Counted from the first letter of the stretch, positions 1 to 9,420 are shown. The stretch is 64,000 nt of DNA from an uncultured Methanosarcinales archaeon (GCA_964358315.1 CAYHOF010000003.1:3337-67336); one strand, 5' to 3'. Translations and numbers: made by a program. Notes: generated by a model from the letters alone, not told the origin.

Positions 1-1
1 G

Positions 2-1732
2 ACTGCCGCGACGCTCGCGCCCGCGCTCACCTACGTCCTCGACAAAGACATGTGCGTCGTGTTCGTCACGCCGCGCCACACGCAGCACTTGATCGCGCTG
101 CGCACCGCACGCGACATCAAGGACAAGCACCACGTGCGGTTTTGCGCCATGTCCATCGTCGGCAAGCGCGGCATGTGCGCGCACCAGAACACGGCGGACA
201 TGCGCAGCGACGATTTCGCGGCGTACTGCAAAGGCATGCGCGAAGGCGGACAGTGCATCCAGTACATCAACGCACGCCACGGCCAAGGCGTCTCGACGCA
301 GGCGAAGGCCGTCGTGAAGGAGATGGAACAGTTCTCGCCGCTGCCCTCCGAGGAATTCGTGAAGGTCGGCATCGAGAAGACGCTCTGTCCCTACGAGCTC
401 GCCCTGCACGCGGCCGAGCGCGCCAAGCTCATCGTCACGGACTACCACTACCTGTTCACACAGTCCATCCGCGACAAGTTCCTCGGCCGCATCAACAGAC
501 GGCCCGAGCAGCTGATCGTCATCGTCGACGAAGGCCACAACCTGCCCGCACGCGTGCGCGAATCGCTCACGCACCGCATCACGTCCGCCATGGTGCGACG
601 CGCCATCAAGGAAGCGGAGGACTTCCATTGCGACGACGCGCTGCCGCTGCTCATCGAGATGAGCGCCGCGCTCGAGAAACTCTCCGGACGGCTCACCGGC
701 GAGGAGATGCGCGTCACGTACGAGGACTGGGAGACGAGGCTTGCGGCCATCGGCGATATCACCACACGCGAGGAATTGCTCGACGCCGCGTCGGATGCCG
801 TGCAGGAGAGCAACAAGAAGCACAGCAGCATCATGACGGTCGCGCGGTTCATGAACGCCTGGCATGGCAGCACGAGCGACGCGTTCGCGCGCATCTTCTC
901 GCGCGGCACGATGGGTGCGGGCTTCGTGCTCTCGCTGCGCTGCCTTGATCCCGCGATCGCGACGCGCGACTTCATCGCGCAGACGCACGCGACCATCATC
1001 ATGTCAGGCACGCTGCGGCCCATGAGCATGTTCGCACAACAGCTCGGGTTCCCTGCCTCGACGATCGAGAAGGAATACGGCAGTCCGTTCCCGCACTCCA
1101 ACAAGCTCTGCATCGTCCATCCTGGCGTGACGACCAAGTTCGCCAAGCGCTCGGACCTGCAGTACGCCAACATCGCCAAGGCGTGCGCAGACGTGGTCAA
1201 CGCAGTGCCCGGGTGCAGCGCGATATTCTTCCCGAGTTACGCCATGCTCGAGGCAGTGCAGGAACGGCTCGACCCGCTCTGCCGCAAGACTGTGTTCCGC
1301 GAGGTGCCGACCATGACCAAAGAACAGCGCACCGCGTTCCTCGAACGGTTCAAGGGCTATGCTGCGAGCGGCGCCGTCCTGCTTGGCGTCGCGGCAGGCA
1401 GTTTCGGGGAAGGCATCGACCTGCCCGGCGTGCTCAAGGCAGTGATCGTGGTGGGCATCCCGCTCGAACGGCCGAATCTCGAGACGCAGCAGCTCATCGA
1501 GTACTATGACAAGCTGTGCGGCAAGGGCTGGGAGTACGGCTACACCCTGCCTGCCCTGATGCGCACCATGCAGAACGCGGGACGCCTGATCCGCAGCGAG
1601 ACCGACCGCGGCGTGCTCGTCTTCATGGACGAACGCTACATCTGGCCCTCGTACAAGCGCTGTTTCCCTGATGACTGGGCATTGCGCGTGAGCGCGGACC
1701 CGGTGCCGCTCGTGCAGAAGTTCTTCAGCTAG
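2..1732 (+). CDS. xpd: XPD/Rad3-family (DinG-like) SF2 DNA helicase, 5' end cut by window edge
   Basis: The frame is open from nt 2. There is a four-Cys FeS-domain pattern (FCAMS, GMCAHQ, AAYCKG, GQCIQY), a DEAH-box variant IVDEGHNL, and C-terminal SF2 motifs GSFGEGIDLPG and QNAGRLIRS. Confidence 0.9.
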   Translation, partial: TAATLAPALTYVLDKDMCVVFVTPRHTQHLIALRTARDIKDKHHVRFCAMSIVGKRGMCAHQNTADMRSDDFAAYCKGMREGGQCIQYINARHGQGVSTQAKAVVKEMEQFSPLPSEEFVKVGIEKTLCPYELALHAAERAKLIVTDYHYLFTQSIRDKFLGRINRRPEQLIVIVDEGHNLPARVRESLTHRITSAMVRRAIKEAEDFHCDDALPLLIEMSAALEKLSGRLTGEEMRVTYEDWETRLAAIGDITTREELLDAASDAVQESNKKHSSIMTVARFMNAWHGSTSDAFARIFSRGTMGAGFVLSLRCLDPAIATRDFIAQTHATIIMSGTLRPMSMFAQQLGFPASTIEKEYGSPFPHSNKLCIVHPGVTTKFAKRSDLQYANIAKACADVVNAVPGCSAIFFPSYAMLEAVQERLDPLCRKTVFREVPTMTKEQRTAFLERFKGYAASGAVLLGVAAGSFGEGIDLPGVLKAVIVVGIPLERPNLETQQLIEYYDKLCGKGWEYGYTLPALMRTMQNAGRLIRSETDRGVLVFMDERYIWPSYKRCFPDDWALRVSADPVPLVQKFFS

Positions 1733-1787
1733 CAAACTTATTATATCCAGAAAGCGATGGTCTCACATCACAAAAGGAGGCATCACA

Positions 1788-2093
1788 ATGGCTAAGGACG
1801 ATGATGAGGAGTTCGCGCAGGAAAAAGACACATTCTTGGATGAAGCCGAAGAACATGAAGAAGCGGATGATGAACTCGAGATCAAATTCGAGACAGGCGA
1901 GAAAGAGGCCGATCCGTATTCAAAAGAAGGACGCGAGCATCTCGAAGAGGAGGACGAAGCGAAGCCAGGCGAGCTCGGCTATGCCAAAGGTTCTGGCGGC
2001 GGCAGCGGCCATGCAGGCAAGCGCGCACCCGCACCCTCATTGAGCAAGAAGAAGCCTTCCATGCGGATGGCTTCCAAGAAACGGAAGAAATGA
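1788..2093 (+). CDS. hypothetical small protein, acidic N-terminal two thirds and basic C-terminal tail
   Basis: An RBS-like AAAAGGAGG lies just upstream of the ATG. The stop overlaps the trm1 start (ATGA). Composition is D/E-rich, ending in KKKPSMRMASKKRKK. No domain recognised. Confidence 0.5.
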   Translation: MAKDDDEEFAQEKDTFLDEAEEHEEADDELEIKFETGEKEADPYSKEGREHLEEEDEAKPGELGYAKGSGGGSGHAGKRAPAPSLSKKKPSMRMASKKRKK

Positions 2094-3187
2094 CGAACCC
2101 CGTCATCACCGAAGGCAAGGCGCGCATCGCAGTCGCGACGGCATCCACTGTCAGCAAGAAGATGCCCGTGTTCTACAATCCTGCCATGACGCTGAACCGC
2201 GACATCACGGTGCTCCTGCTCACGGCGCTCGGGCGCAAAAGCATGCGCATGGCGGACGTTCTTGCCGGCAGCGGCATACGCACCATCCGTCTCCTCAAGG
2301 AATTGCCGCCCTCGATGGTCGAGGAGGTCACGGTCAACGACGGACGCGCCGATTTCAAGACGGTGTTCGCCAAGAACGCACGGCTCAGCAAGGCATCGAC
2401 CCGCAAGGTGGTGCTACACAACCAGGACGCCAACATCCTCCTCCACGAGTCTGGAGGTTTTGATTACATCGACATCGACCCGTTCGGCTCGCCCGCGCCG
2501 TTCCTCGACGCTGCCGTGCGCCATCTGGCGCGCGATGGCATCCTCGCGCTCACCGCGACAGACACGGCCGCGCTCGCAGGCACTGCGCCTGATGCGTGCA
2601 GGCGCAAGTATTGGGCGCTGCCGCTGCGCAACCACCTCATGCACGAAGTGGGCATGCGCATCCTCGCGCGCAAGGCACAGCTTGTCGCGGCGCAGTACGA
2701 CCGCGCGCTCGTCCCGATCTACTGTCATGCGACGCTGCACTATGACCGCATCTTTCTCCGTGCCACAAAGTCCAAGGAACAGGTGAGCGGCGTGCTCGAC
2801 ATGCACCGCTATCTCGTCTATAACGAGAAGACCGACGAGTTCGGCATCCGCGACCACAACAAGAAGGCGCCGCACGAACACGTCGCCGGGCCGCTGTGGA
2901 GCGGGCCGTTATGGGACGCGGGGCTCGCGACAAGGATCGCGGCGCTCGCGCGACCAGGCGAGACCGCACGCCTCGCGCAGACCATCAAGGACGAAGCAGC
3001 CATCCCTGTCATCGGCTTCCACGACATCCACGGCCTCGCAGGAAAGGCGCACATCAACGCGCCCTCGTTCGATGCGCTCATCAAGAGACTCAACAAACAG
3101 GGCTATGACGCCGCACGGACGCACTTCTCGCCAAGCGGGCTGCGCACTGACGCGGATGCTGCCACGGTGAAAAAACTTCTTCGTTAG
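2090..3187 (+). CDS. trm1: tRNA (guanine26-N2)-dimethyltransferase Trm1
   Basis: VFYNPAMTLNRD near the N-terminus, SAM-binding-like LAGSGIRTIR, and the characteristic DIDPFGSPAPFLD motif. Length is 365 aa. Confidence 0.9.
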   Translation: MTNPVITEGKARIAVATASTVSKKMPVFYNPAMTLNRDITVLLLTALGRKSMRMADVLAGSGIRTIRLLKELPPSMVEEVTVNDGRADFKTVFAKNARLSKASTRKVVLHNQDANILLHESGGFDYIDIDPFGSPAPFLDAAVRHLARDGILALTATDTAALAGTAPDACRRKYWALPLRNHLMHEVGMRILARKAQLVAAQYDRALVPIYCHATLHYDRIFLRATKSKEQVSGVLDMHRYLVYNEKTDEFGIRDHNKKAPHEHVAGPLWSGPLWDAGLATRIAALARPGETARLAQTIKDEAAIPVIGFHDIHGLAGKAHINAPSFDALIKRLNKQGYDAARTHFSPSGLRTDADAATVKKLLR

Positions 3188-3459
3188 AATGTCCTATCAA
3201 GCCCGACGACTTCGACGCTGTTGACGCCATGGACTTTGGCGATCGATTTCTCGAGGTTCTCCGTGCCGCCTTTTGCTTCGTCGGCCAAGAAGATGAGCTT
3301 GAGCGCCTTGATGCCGAACCCGACAGGCTCGATCTCCTGCTTGTCGGAAGGGTGTCCTGCGAACTCCTCGATGAGGACGTCGGCATGCCGGCGGATGTCG
3401 GCAAGATCCGACTCAGGACCCTCAGGCATGATCTTGAGGGTGATGACGAGTTTTCCCAT
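3184..3459 (-). CDS. ef1b: translation elongation factor aEF-1beta
   Basis: The in-frame ATG at residue 96 of the 186-aa track ORF gives a 91-aa protein, MGKLVITLKIMPEGPE...GVNSVEVVGLDRTF, with the size and pattern of archaeal EF-1beta. The longer N-terminus is Arg/Pro-rich and overlaps the upstream gene. Confidence 0.85.
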   Translation of the reverse strand: MGKLVITLKIMPEGPESDLADIRRHADVLIEEFAGHPSDKQEIEPVGFGIKALKLIFLADEAKGGTENLEKSIAKVHGVNSVEVVGLDRTF

Positions 3460-3644
3460 CAGTTGGGCCCCGTGAAAGCGCAATGAGGGCATGTGTACTT
3501 GACAGCCATCTTGCGGGCGCGGGGGATGCGGATGATCTCGGTCTCGGCGCACTGCGGGCACAAGAAGCGCACAGTGCCGCTTGGCAACTGTGGCAGCGGC
3601 TCGTTCGAGCCTTTCGCACGCACGTATGTCAGTTTCATAAGCAC
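3459..3644 (-). CDS. small zinc-ribbon protein
   Basis: A 61-aa ORF with two CxxC pairs (CPQC, CPHC). Its stop overlaps the ef1b start (TGATG). A small Zn-ribbon gene directly upstream of ef1b is a common archaeal arrangement. Confidence 0.7.
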   Translation of the reverse strand: MLMKLTYVRAKGSNEPLPQLPSGTVRFLCPQCAETEIIRIPRARKMAVKYTCPHCAFTGPN

Positions 3645-3716
3645 GCACTGTTCGGGGGCCGTTTAAAAGCTTTGTGGTCGACCTGGCGCTTAGCCACTTA
3701 TATGGAATGACAAAAG

Positions 3717-3724
3717 TATATAAA
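3717..3724 (+). promoter_or_regulatory. TATA box for the coiled-coil gene (leaderless spacing)
   Basis: TATATAAA is centred about 27 nt upstream of the ATG at 3747. A second AT box (TTTAAAA, 3662-3668) faces the divergent Zn-ribbon gene. Confidence 0.5.
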
Positions 3725-3746
3725 TCGTCAAGGGAGCAAATCACGC

Positions 3747-5807
3747 ATGGCAGTGGAGATTCGGCCGCCGGAGCCTCCGGCGAAATGGCCGAAAAGGGGT
3801 GGGCTGCTTGGCCTATTGGGTGGTTCGCCTGAGCAGGCAGTGCTTGGCGACATCAAGAAGACGACCGCGCTTCTCGCTAGGAAAGAGGCTGCGCTGAGCC
3901 AGCACGAAAAGGCGCTCAACCAGCTCGATACGAACGTCAGCAAGCGCGAGCAGCAATTGCGCGCGGTCGCCGACAGATTACGCGGCCAGGAAGAGTCCCT
4001 CAAGGACAAGCAGCGCATGCTGGACGAGCGGGAGCGCCGCATCCGTCACGCCGAAGAGGACAAGTCCAAGATCCTGCGCGAGCGCGACGTGCTGCAGCGC
4101 GAGATGCAACGGCTCGCGATCGACGCGGCCAACCAAGAGGAAGAGCTGGCACGCAAGCGTGACGAGGCGCGGGCGCAGGTCGCCGACATGATCAGGGCGC
4201 AGGACGACCTCTTCGCAAAGGCGCACCAGCAGGAGACCAAGCGCCAGCAAGGATTCGTGCAGAAGCTCGCCGAACTCCAGAAGCAAGTGGACGCGAAAAA
4301 GCAGGAACTCAACGTCATCCAGCGTAATGCCGTCGTCGAAGTGCAGCGCGTCAGGGACACCCAGGCGCAGCTCGCGAAGGAGACGCGCATGCATGATCAG
4401 GTCAAGAAAGAGCTCGCGCAGGCGCAACAACTCCTTGGCCAGAAAGAGAAGGCGCTCACCGACGAACACGAAGAGCTCAAGACGATCAAGCGGTCGCTGA
4501 GCACGAAAGCCAACGAGCTCGACGCACGGGAGAGACGGCTCGCGCAACGCGAACGCGAGACGCAGAAGCTCGCCGAACTCCAGAGACAGGTGGACGCCAA
4601 GAAGCAGGAGCTCACGACGGTCCAGGACAACGCGGGTCGTGAGATGAAGAGGGTCGAGGACGCCCGGGCGCAGCTTGACAAGGAAGTCCGTCTCAACGAA
4701 CAGATCAAGAAAGAACTCGGGCAAGCGCAACAACTGCTCGACCAGAAGGAGAACGCGCTCACCGAACAAGAGCAAGAGTTCACGACGATCAAGAAATCAC
4801 TCACCCTCAAGGCCAACGAATTCGAGAAGAGCGAGAAGGAACTCGTGCAACGCGAGCTGAGCGCCACGCAGCACGAGCATGAGATGCAGAACCTGCGTGA
4901 CCAGCTCGTGAAGGAGAAGGACGACATCATGGGCGTGGTCGAAGGCAAGAAGGCAGAGCTCGCCGACCTGCAGCACCAATGGGAGGAGCGCGTCGCGGAC
5001 CTGCGGAACACCGTCAAGGAGATCAAGGGCGAGCGGTCAAAGGCCGAGGCGCTCGTGACCAGCGACATGGTCGCCCTCTCCGACAAGGAGAAGGAGATCG
5101 TCGCGTCGGTGCGACGGATGGAGAAGGACGAGAAGGACCTGCGCAAAGAGGAGAACGCCGTGACGCGCCGTGTCGAGGAGCTCGAGCACGCGCAACGGGA
5201 ATTCGGCCGCATGAAGACGATCTTCGATCGCAAAGTCGACGAGTTCGAGAAGCGCGAACAGGAGATACGCGAACGCGAGGACTTCATCGCGCGCGCCGTC
5301 GCGGATGTCGAGAAGGCGCAGGAGCGCGCGCACGCTGCGATGGAGAAGATCAGGAACGCCAAGGAGCTGCACCAGAACATCGAGCTGCTCCAAAAAAAAC
5401 AGAAGGAGCTCGAGAGCACGATCGAACGCTCATCACGCAGACTCATCGCACTCAGCCACAAACAGCCCGTCCTGCCCGTGGCTGCTGCGAAAGCCAAGAA
5501 AGAGCACAAGACGGTCGAAGAAACACACGAAGAAATCGTCGAACCCGTCCTTGAAGAGCACATCACTCCAGGCCCGATGAGCCCGATGCCGGTCAAGGAG
5601 AAGCACCACCGTGCGCCGCCTGCCGATCCTGTGCAGCTCGTCGCCGACGCGCGTCGCGCGTACGAGGCAGGCGACTACAAGGAAGCGCACACCACGCTGC
5701 TCAAGGCAGAACACCTGTTGCCCAAGCTCAAGGGCGAGGCGAAACGCGACCTTGCCTACGACATCTGGGACCTCAAGACCAGCCTACGCCTGGTCACGCT
5801 CGCCTGA
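3747..5807 (+). CDS. long coiled-coil protein (SMC-like rod composition) with internal 101-aa duplication
   Basis: The 686-aa protein is dominated by heptad-like E/K/Q/L/R sequence and has no Walker motifs. The C-terminal about 60 aa form a short helical module (AYEAGDYKEAHTTLLKAEHLLPKLKG). Confidence 0.75.
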   Translation: MAVEIRPPEPPAKWPKRGGLLGLLGGSPEQAVLGDIKKTTALLARKEAALSQHEKALNQLDTNVSKREQQLRAVADRLRGQEESLKDKQRMLDERERRIRHAEEDKSKILRERDVLQREMQRLAIDAANQEEELARKRDEARAQVADMIRAQDDLFAKAHQQETKRQQGFVQKLAELQKQVDAKKQELNVIQRNAVVEVQRVRDTQAQLAKETRMHDQVKKELAQAQQLLGQKEKALTDEHEELKTIKRSLSTKANELDARERRLAQRERETQKLAELQRQVDAKKQELTTVQDNAGREMKRVEDARAQLDKEVRLNEQIKKELGQAQQLLDQKENALTEQEQEFTTIKKSLTLKANEFEKSEKELVQRELSATQHEHEMQNLRDQLVKEKDDIMGVVEGKKAELADLQHQWEERVADLRNTVKEIKGERSKAEALVTSDMVALSDKEKEIVASVRRMEKDEKDLRKEENAVTRRVEELEHAQREFGRMKTIFDRKVDEFEKREQEIREREDFIARAVADVEKAQERAHAAMEKIRNAKELHQNIELLQKKQKELESTIERSSRRLIALSHKQPVLPVAAAKAKKEHKTVEETHEEIVEPVLEEHITPGPMSPMPVKEKHHRAPPADPVQLVADARRAYEAGDYKEAHTTLLKAEHLLPKLKGEAKRDLAYDIWDLKTSLRLVTLA
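4260..4865 (+). repeat. tandem 303-nt (101-aa) duplication inside the coiled-coil gene
   Basis: Unit 1 starts QKLAELQKQVDAKKQELNVIQ (nt 4260). Unit 2 starts QKLAELQRQVDAKKQELTTVQ (nt 4563). They align without gaps over 101 aa at roughly 60 percent identity by eye. Confidence 0.8.
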
Positions 5808-6876
5808 TCGTGTCGTTCTCGACCACGAGCCGTTTGCCCAAGAATTGTCCGACCACCTGCACGTTCGTCGTCGCGTGCGATGTCATCATGGGCGCGCGCA
5901 ACATGCCTGCGCCCGCGAGCGCGAGCCACGGGACCATCTGGTCCGCGAGGTGGACATCGATGACTCCCTTGGCGGTGAGTACCTGGATGAGTTCCTTCGC
6001 GGCACGGGCACATGCATCTTCAGGCGTCTCTCCTTTTGCCAGCAACGCGCTCGCCCCCACCTTGAGCGCGTCTGCCGTGATCTCGGTCGTGTCGGCTGCG
6101 AACGTCGCCCATAGCGTGATGCCACCGCCAATGGATGCTGTCGCGGCGTATTCTGTGCGGATCTCGATCGGGACGCGCAATGACGAAAGGTGGAGGCGTG
6201 CCGCATCCGCCATGCGCTCCGCCGCACCTGCCATGATGGTGCTTGCGTGGGCGACTCCTTCTATCCTGACCAGCGAGCCGCGTGATGTCAGGTCCAGGCG
6301 CGGGACTTTCGCCGCGATGATGGGCGCAAAACGTTCCCACATGCCTTCGTTCACGCGCGACAACGACGGCGTGACCTTGATCTCGATCATGCCGCCGCCG
6401 GCAGGATAATACCCACGACGGACGGCAAGGACAGTGATGTCTGTGCAGAAACGCCGCAGCAACGGCAGGAGCACATAACGCAAATAGTCGAGTGGCGGCG
6501 ACCACGGGACGTCGGTGCCGCCCACAAGCCGCAACGTCACAGGCTTTGTGGCAAAGCATGCCGGCAGCAGTGCCGCCTGCAGCACGAGCGTGAGCGATCC
6601 GGCTGTGCCGACGTCATGCTCGAACTTGCCTCCTTCGATGCGTCCAGGGGAGAAGGTGAGTGTCGTGGAACCGATGGTCGCTCCCTCGATCTCGGCGTTG
6701 CATAACTGCGCGACGACGCGCACAGCGCACAGGTGTTGGGCCTGCAAGCCAGGTGAAGGCCTCTTGGCACGTATGTTCTCGATGCGGAAACTCTTGCCGC
6801 TGAGCGCGCTGAGCGCGAGCGCGGTGCGCAACACCTGCCCGCCTCCTTCGCCCGCAGAACCGTCGATGATGATCAT
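5794..6876 (-). CDS. rtcA: RNA 3'-terminal phosphate cyclase
   Basis: The internal ATG (residue 57 of the track ORF) gives MIIIDGSAGEGGGQVLRTALALSALSGKSFRIENIRAKRPSPGLQAQHL, the typical RtcA N-terminus. Length is 360 aa. Its 3' end overlaps the convergent coiled-coil gene by 14 nt. Confidence 0.85.
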   Translation of the reverse strand: MIIIDGSAGEGGGQVLRTALALSALSGKSFRIENIRAKRPSPGLQAQHLCAVRVVAQLCNAEIEGATIGSTTLTFSPGRIEGGKFEHDVGTAGSLTLVLQAALLPACFATKPVTLRLVGGTDVPWSPPLDYLRYVLLPLLRRFCTDITVLAVRRGYYPAGGGMIEIKVTPSLSRVNEGMWERFAPIIAAKVPRLDLTSRGSLVRIEGVAHASTIMAGAAERMADAARLHLSSLRVPIEIRTEYAATASIGGGITLWATFAADTTEITADALKVGASALLAKGETPEDACARAAKELIQVLTAKGVIDVHLADQMVPWLALAGAGMLRAPMMTSHATTNVQVVGQFLGKRLVVENDTIRRA

Positions 6877-6973
6877 GACAGGAGGGAACGATGGACCGCA
6901 TAAAAGACTGATGGAAAGATACGCGAGATGAAAAGGAGCGGAAGAAATCGGAAAAGAAAGAAAAAGAAGGGGT

Positions 6974-7198
6974 TCAGACGTCTGCTGCCGAGATGGCGTC
7001 GAGATCCGAATCGAGCGTGTCAAGGCCGGACGTGTCGATGCCATCCGTGCCTGCCGAACCGATGTCCTTGGACACCGTGTTGAGCTCGTTGTCCGACACG
7101 TCGCCGGATGGTTGCGCTTGCTCTGCAGGCGGCGCCTTGGGCGCGCATGCCACGATGAGCAAGCCGACGCACACTGCGATCACGAGTGCTGTTTTCAT
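6974..7198 (-). CDS. small secreted lipoprotein-like protein
   Basis: Signal peptide with a lipobox-like LIVAC (MKTALVIAVCVGLLIVAC), followed by an acidic, low-complexity mature part. AGGTGA lies upstream of the ATG. Confidence 0.6.
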   Translation of the reverse strand: MKTALVIAVCVGLLIVACAPKAPPAEQAQPSGDVSDNELNTVSKDIGSAGTDGIDTSGLDTLDSDLDAISAADV

Positions 7199-7288
7199 GT
7201 AGTCACCTGATGGTCACGTCCCCTTGAGCGTATAATAAAGTTCCGGGAAATAAAAAGAACCCGGCAAGGGGGCACTGACAATCAGTCG

Positions 7289-8467
7289 CTAACTGGCTGT
7301 CTCGTTCTGCTCCGAGTCGTCGTCATCCTCGGACTCGTCATCGTCGTCCTCAGATTCGGTTTCGTTGCCTTCGGACTCGTCGTCATCGTCGTCCTCATCG
7401 TCGTCATCGTCAGACTCGTTGCCGGTCTGGTTGCGTGAGGCCTTGCGCTCCTCGCGGGCTTCCTCGCGCACGCCCTTGGCGAGCGAACGGAGTTCCTGCG
7501 CGATCTCGCGGAGCGTCGCGTGCGCATCCTTGAGCGCGTCGCGTGCTTCCTTCATCTCGGTGCGCACGGTGCCGCTCTTGGCTTCGACGTTGTCCGCGCT
7601 GATGCCTGCGTAGGCGGCAGCGGCGGCGTCGAGGTGGGCCTTGGCGCTGGCGAGCTGTTCGTTGAACTCGACCTTGAGGCTCTGCACGCTCGAGACGTCC
7701 ACGCCGCGCTCACTGAATGTGGCGATGGTCGCGTCAAGGCGGGCCGACATGCGGGCGACGGCGTCGACGACTGCCTTGAGTTCGCCGTAGGCGAGCTGGC
7801 TCGCGCGCTTCTTGATGGATGCGCGCGTGTCGCGCCATGCGTCCTTGATGGTCTTGGTCGCTTCGCGGAGCTCTTCCTTGGTGCTGTTCTCGTCGAGCGC
7901 TGCGACAGCCGCGCGTGCCTCTTGCACGTCGGCGATCTTTGCGTCGATGTCAGCCGTTATCTGGGCCTTCTCCTCTGCGGAGAGCGCGTCGTTCTGCGCG
8001 GCCTGTTCCTTGATCTTGATCAGGACGTCGAGCACGTGGTCTGCGGCGACAAGCAACGTCTGTTGCGCCTGCAGCTTGACCTCGGCACGGACCTGGTCGC
8101 ACTCCTCTGTCTCGCTGCCCTTGCAGCCCTTGTTCTTCTCAAGCGATGCACGCAATTCCTGGCGCGCACCATTGAGCACGAGCTTTGACTGCGCGATCTC
8201 GCTCGTGACATGCTCACGGGCGTTCTTGAGGCCCGTCAGGCGTTCGCGGAGCTTCGTGAGCTCGGCGCCCACTTCTGTGCGGACCCGCACGTCACGCAGG
8301 CCTGCCTTCACATTCGTGCGCACAGAGACGTCGGCGTCATCGCCGCCTGTCACTGTCGCGTTCGTGTCTGCGTCGGCCGATGTCTCTTCCTCTGCAATCG
8401 CCGCTGGGACGATGCTGATGAGGAACATCGCTACGAGCGCAAGCGCCCATATCTTGTTCGATTTCAT
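7289..8467 (-). CDS. secreted helical protein with poly-acidic C-terminal tail
   Basis: I start it at MKSNKIWALALVAMFLISIVPAAIA (GGAGG RBS just upstream), not at the longer track ORF. It has a long Ala/Glu/Lys/Leu-rich helical body and ends in DDDDDEDDDDDESEGNETESEDDDDESEDDDD. Confidence 0.65.
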   Translation of the reverse strand: MKSNKIWALALVAMFLISIVPAAIAEEETSADADTNATVTGGDDADVSVRTNVKAGLRDVRVRTEVGAELTKLRERLTGLKNAREHVTSEIAQSKLVLNGARQELRASLEKNKGCKGSETEECDQVRAEVKLQAQQTLLVAADHVLDVLIKIKEQAAQNDALSAEEKAQITADIDAKIADVQEARAAVAALDENSTKEELREATKTIKDAWRDTRASIKKRASQLAYGELKAVVDAVARMSARLDATIATFSERGVDVSSVQSLKVEFNEQLASAKAHLDAAAAAYAGISADNVEAKSGTVRTEMKEARDALKDAHATLREIAQELRSLAKGVREEAREERKASRNQTGNESDDDDDEDDDDDESEGNETESEDDDDESEDDDDSEQNETAS

Positions 8468-8697
8468 GGTGTACCTCCAATGCCCACCTACTGGATCGGG
8501 CATCCTAGAGCAATACGAGGCACATTTGGTTATAAAGACCCTTATCGGATGCTTTATGTAAAGCTTTATCTGCACGATTCACGTGTTAAAAAGAGCTGAT
8601 TAGCATCGAGATATGACCTAAAGAGTCATGATGCGTTCTGAACGACACCATCACTGCCATCATGGAGTGAATCTTAATATACCTTCAGGCCGTCGAC

Positions 8698-9420
8698 ATG
8701 CCTATGAAGACATCCTGGCATTATGCGGCGGTGTTGGCATTCGTGGCCCTCTTCGCACTGCCACTCGTCCACGCCGCAACCATCGAAGGCGACGTGTACA
8801 CGATCGATTTCATGCCGGCGAGCGGTGTAGTTGTCGAGATCGACACCACACCGCGCCAGCAGCTCGTGGTGCTCAACGGTTCCTATAGTGTACGCGTTCC
8901 GCAAGGGGACTATCATCTCACTGCGACACAACGCAAGGACGGCATCGTCAAAGCGCAGATCACCGAAAACATCTCGGTGCAGGCAGAGGGCACGTACACG
9001 CTGGACCTCATCCTTTTCCCGGTCTTTGGCGCTGACGAGGACCTCGACATCGATGTCGAGGTTGCGGACGAGGCGCAACTGTCTCCCGAACCTATGGTGC
9101 CACAGCAGGTCTGGATCGGCGCGGCAGTCATCGTGGTCGCCGCGATCGTGCTCTGGTTGGTGCTGCGCACCAGGCGAGAACAACAGCGACCAACGCACGT
9201 CGACATCGTGGCCCAGCCCGAGCTCTCGTCCACGAAGAAGGACCTCGACGACCTTGTCGCCATCATCAAGAAGCTCGGCGGGCGCACCACGCAGAAGGAG
9301 CTGCGCAAGGAAGTGCCGTATTCCGAGGCCAAGGTGTCGTTGGTGCTCACCGAGCTCGAGCACAAGGGCATCATCGAGAAGATCAAGCGCGGACGCGCCA
9401 ACATCATCATACTCAAGTGA
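8698..9420 (+). CDS. membrane-tethered winged-helix regulator: signal peptide, beta-sandwich ectodomain, TM helix, cytoplasmic wHTH
   Basis: N-terminal signal peptide (MKTSWHYAAVLAFVALFALPLVHA), a CarboxypepD_reg-like segment (GDVYTIDF...GSYSVRVPQGDYHLTA), a TM helix (VWIGAAVIVVAAIVLWLVL), and a C-terminal wHTH (LGGRTTQKELRKEVPYSEAKVSLVLTELEHKGIIEKIKRGRANII). TATA spacing favours the ATG at 8704. Confidence 0.65.
   Translation: MPMKTSWHYAAVLAFVALFALPLVHAATIEGDVYTIDFMPASGVVVEIDTTPRQQLVVLNGSYSVRVPQGDYHLTATQRKDGIVKAQITENISVQAEGTYTLDLILFPVFGADEDLDIDVEVADEAQLSPEPMVPQQVWIGAAVIVVAAIVLWLVLRTRREQQRPTHVDIVAQPELSSTKKDLDDLVAIIKKLGGRTTQKELRKEVPYSEAKVSLVLTELEHKGIIEKIKRGRANIIILK

Noticed and set aside
3184-3744. 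The 186-aa track ORF taken as a single gene.
   Set aside because: Only the last 91 aa look like aEF-1beta. The first 95 aa are Arg/Pro-rich and overlap the separately supported Zn-ribbon ORF in another frame. I split it at the internal ATG (3459).
7300-7420. A GTC/ATC-rich triplet repeat as a microsatellite or phase-variation tract.
   Set aside because: It is imperfect and simply encodes the poly-Asp/Glu tail of the secreted protein on the minus strand. No long perfect repeat units are present.
8618-8670. A possible C/D box sRNA (ATGATGC ... CTGA).
   Set aside because: The CTGA lies only 3 nt after the C-like box, and no properly spaced C'/D pair or terminal stem is present.
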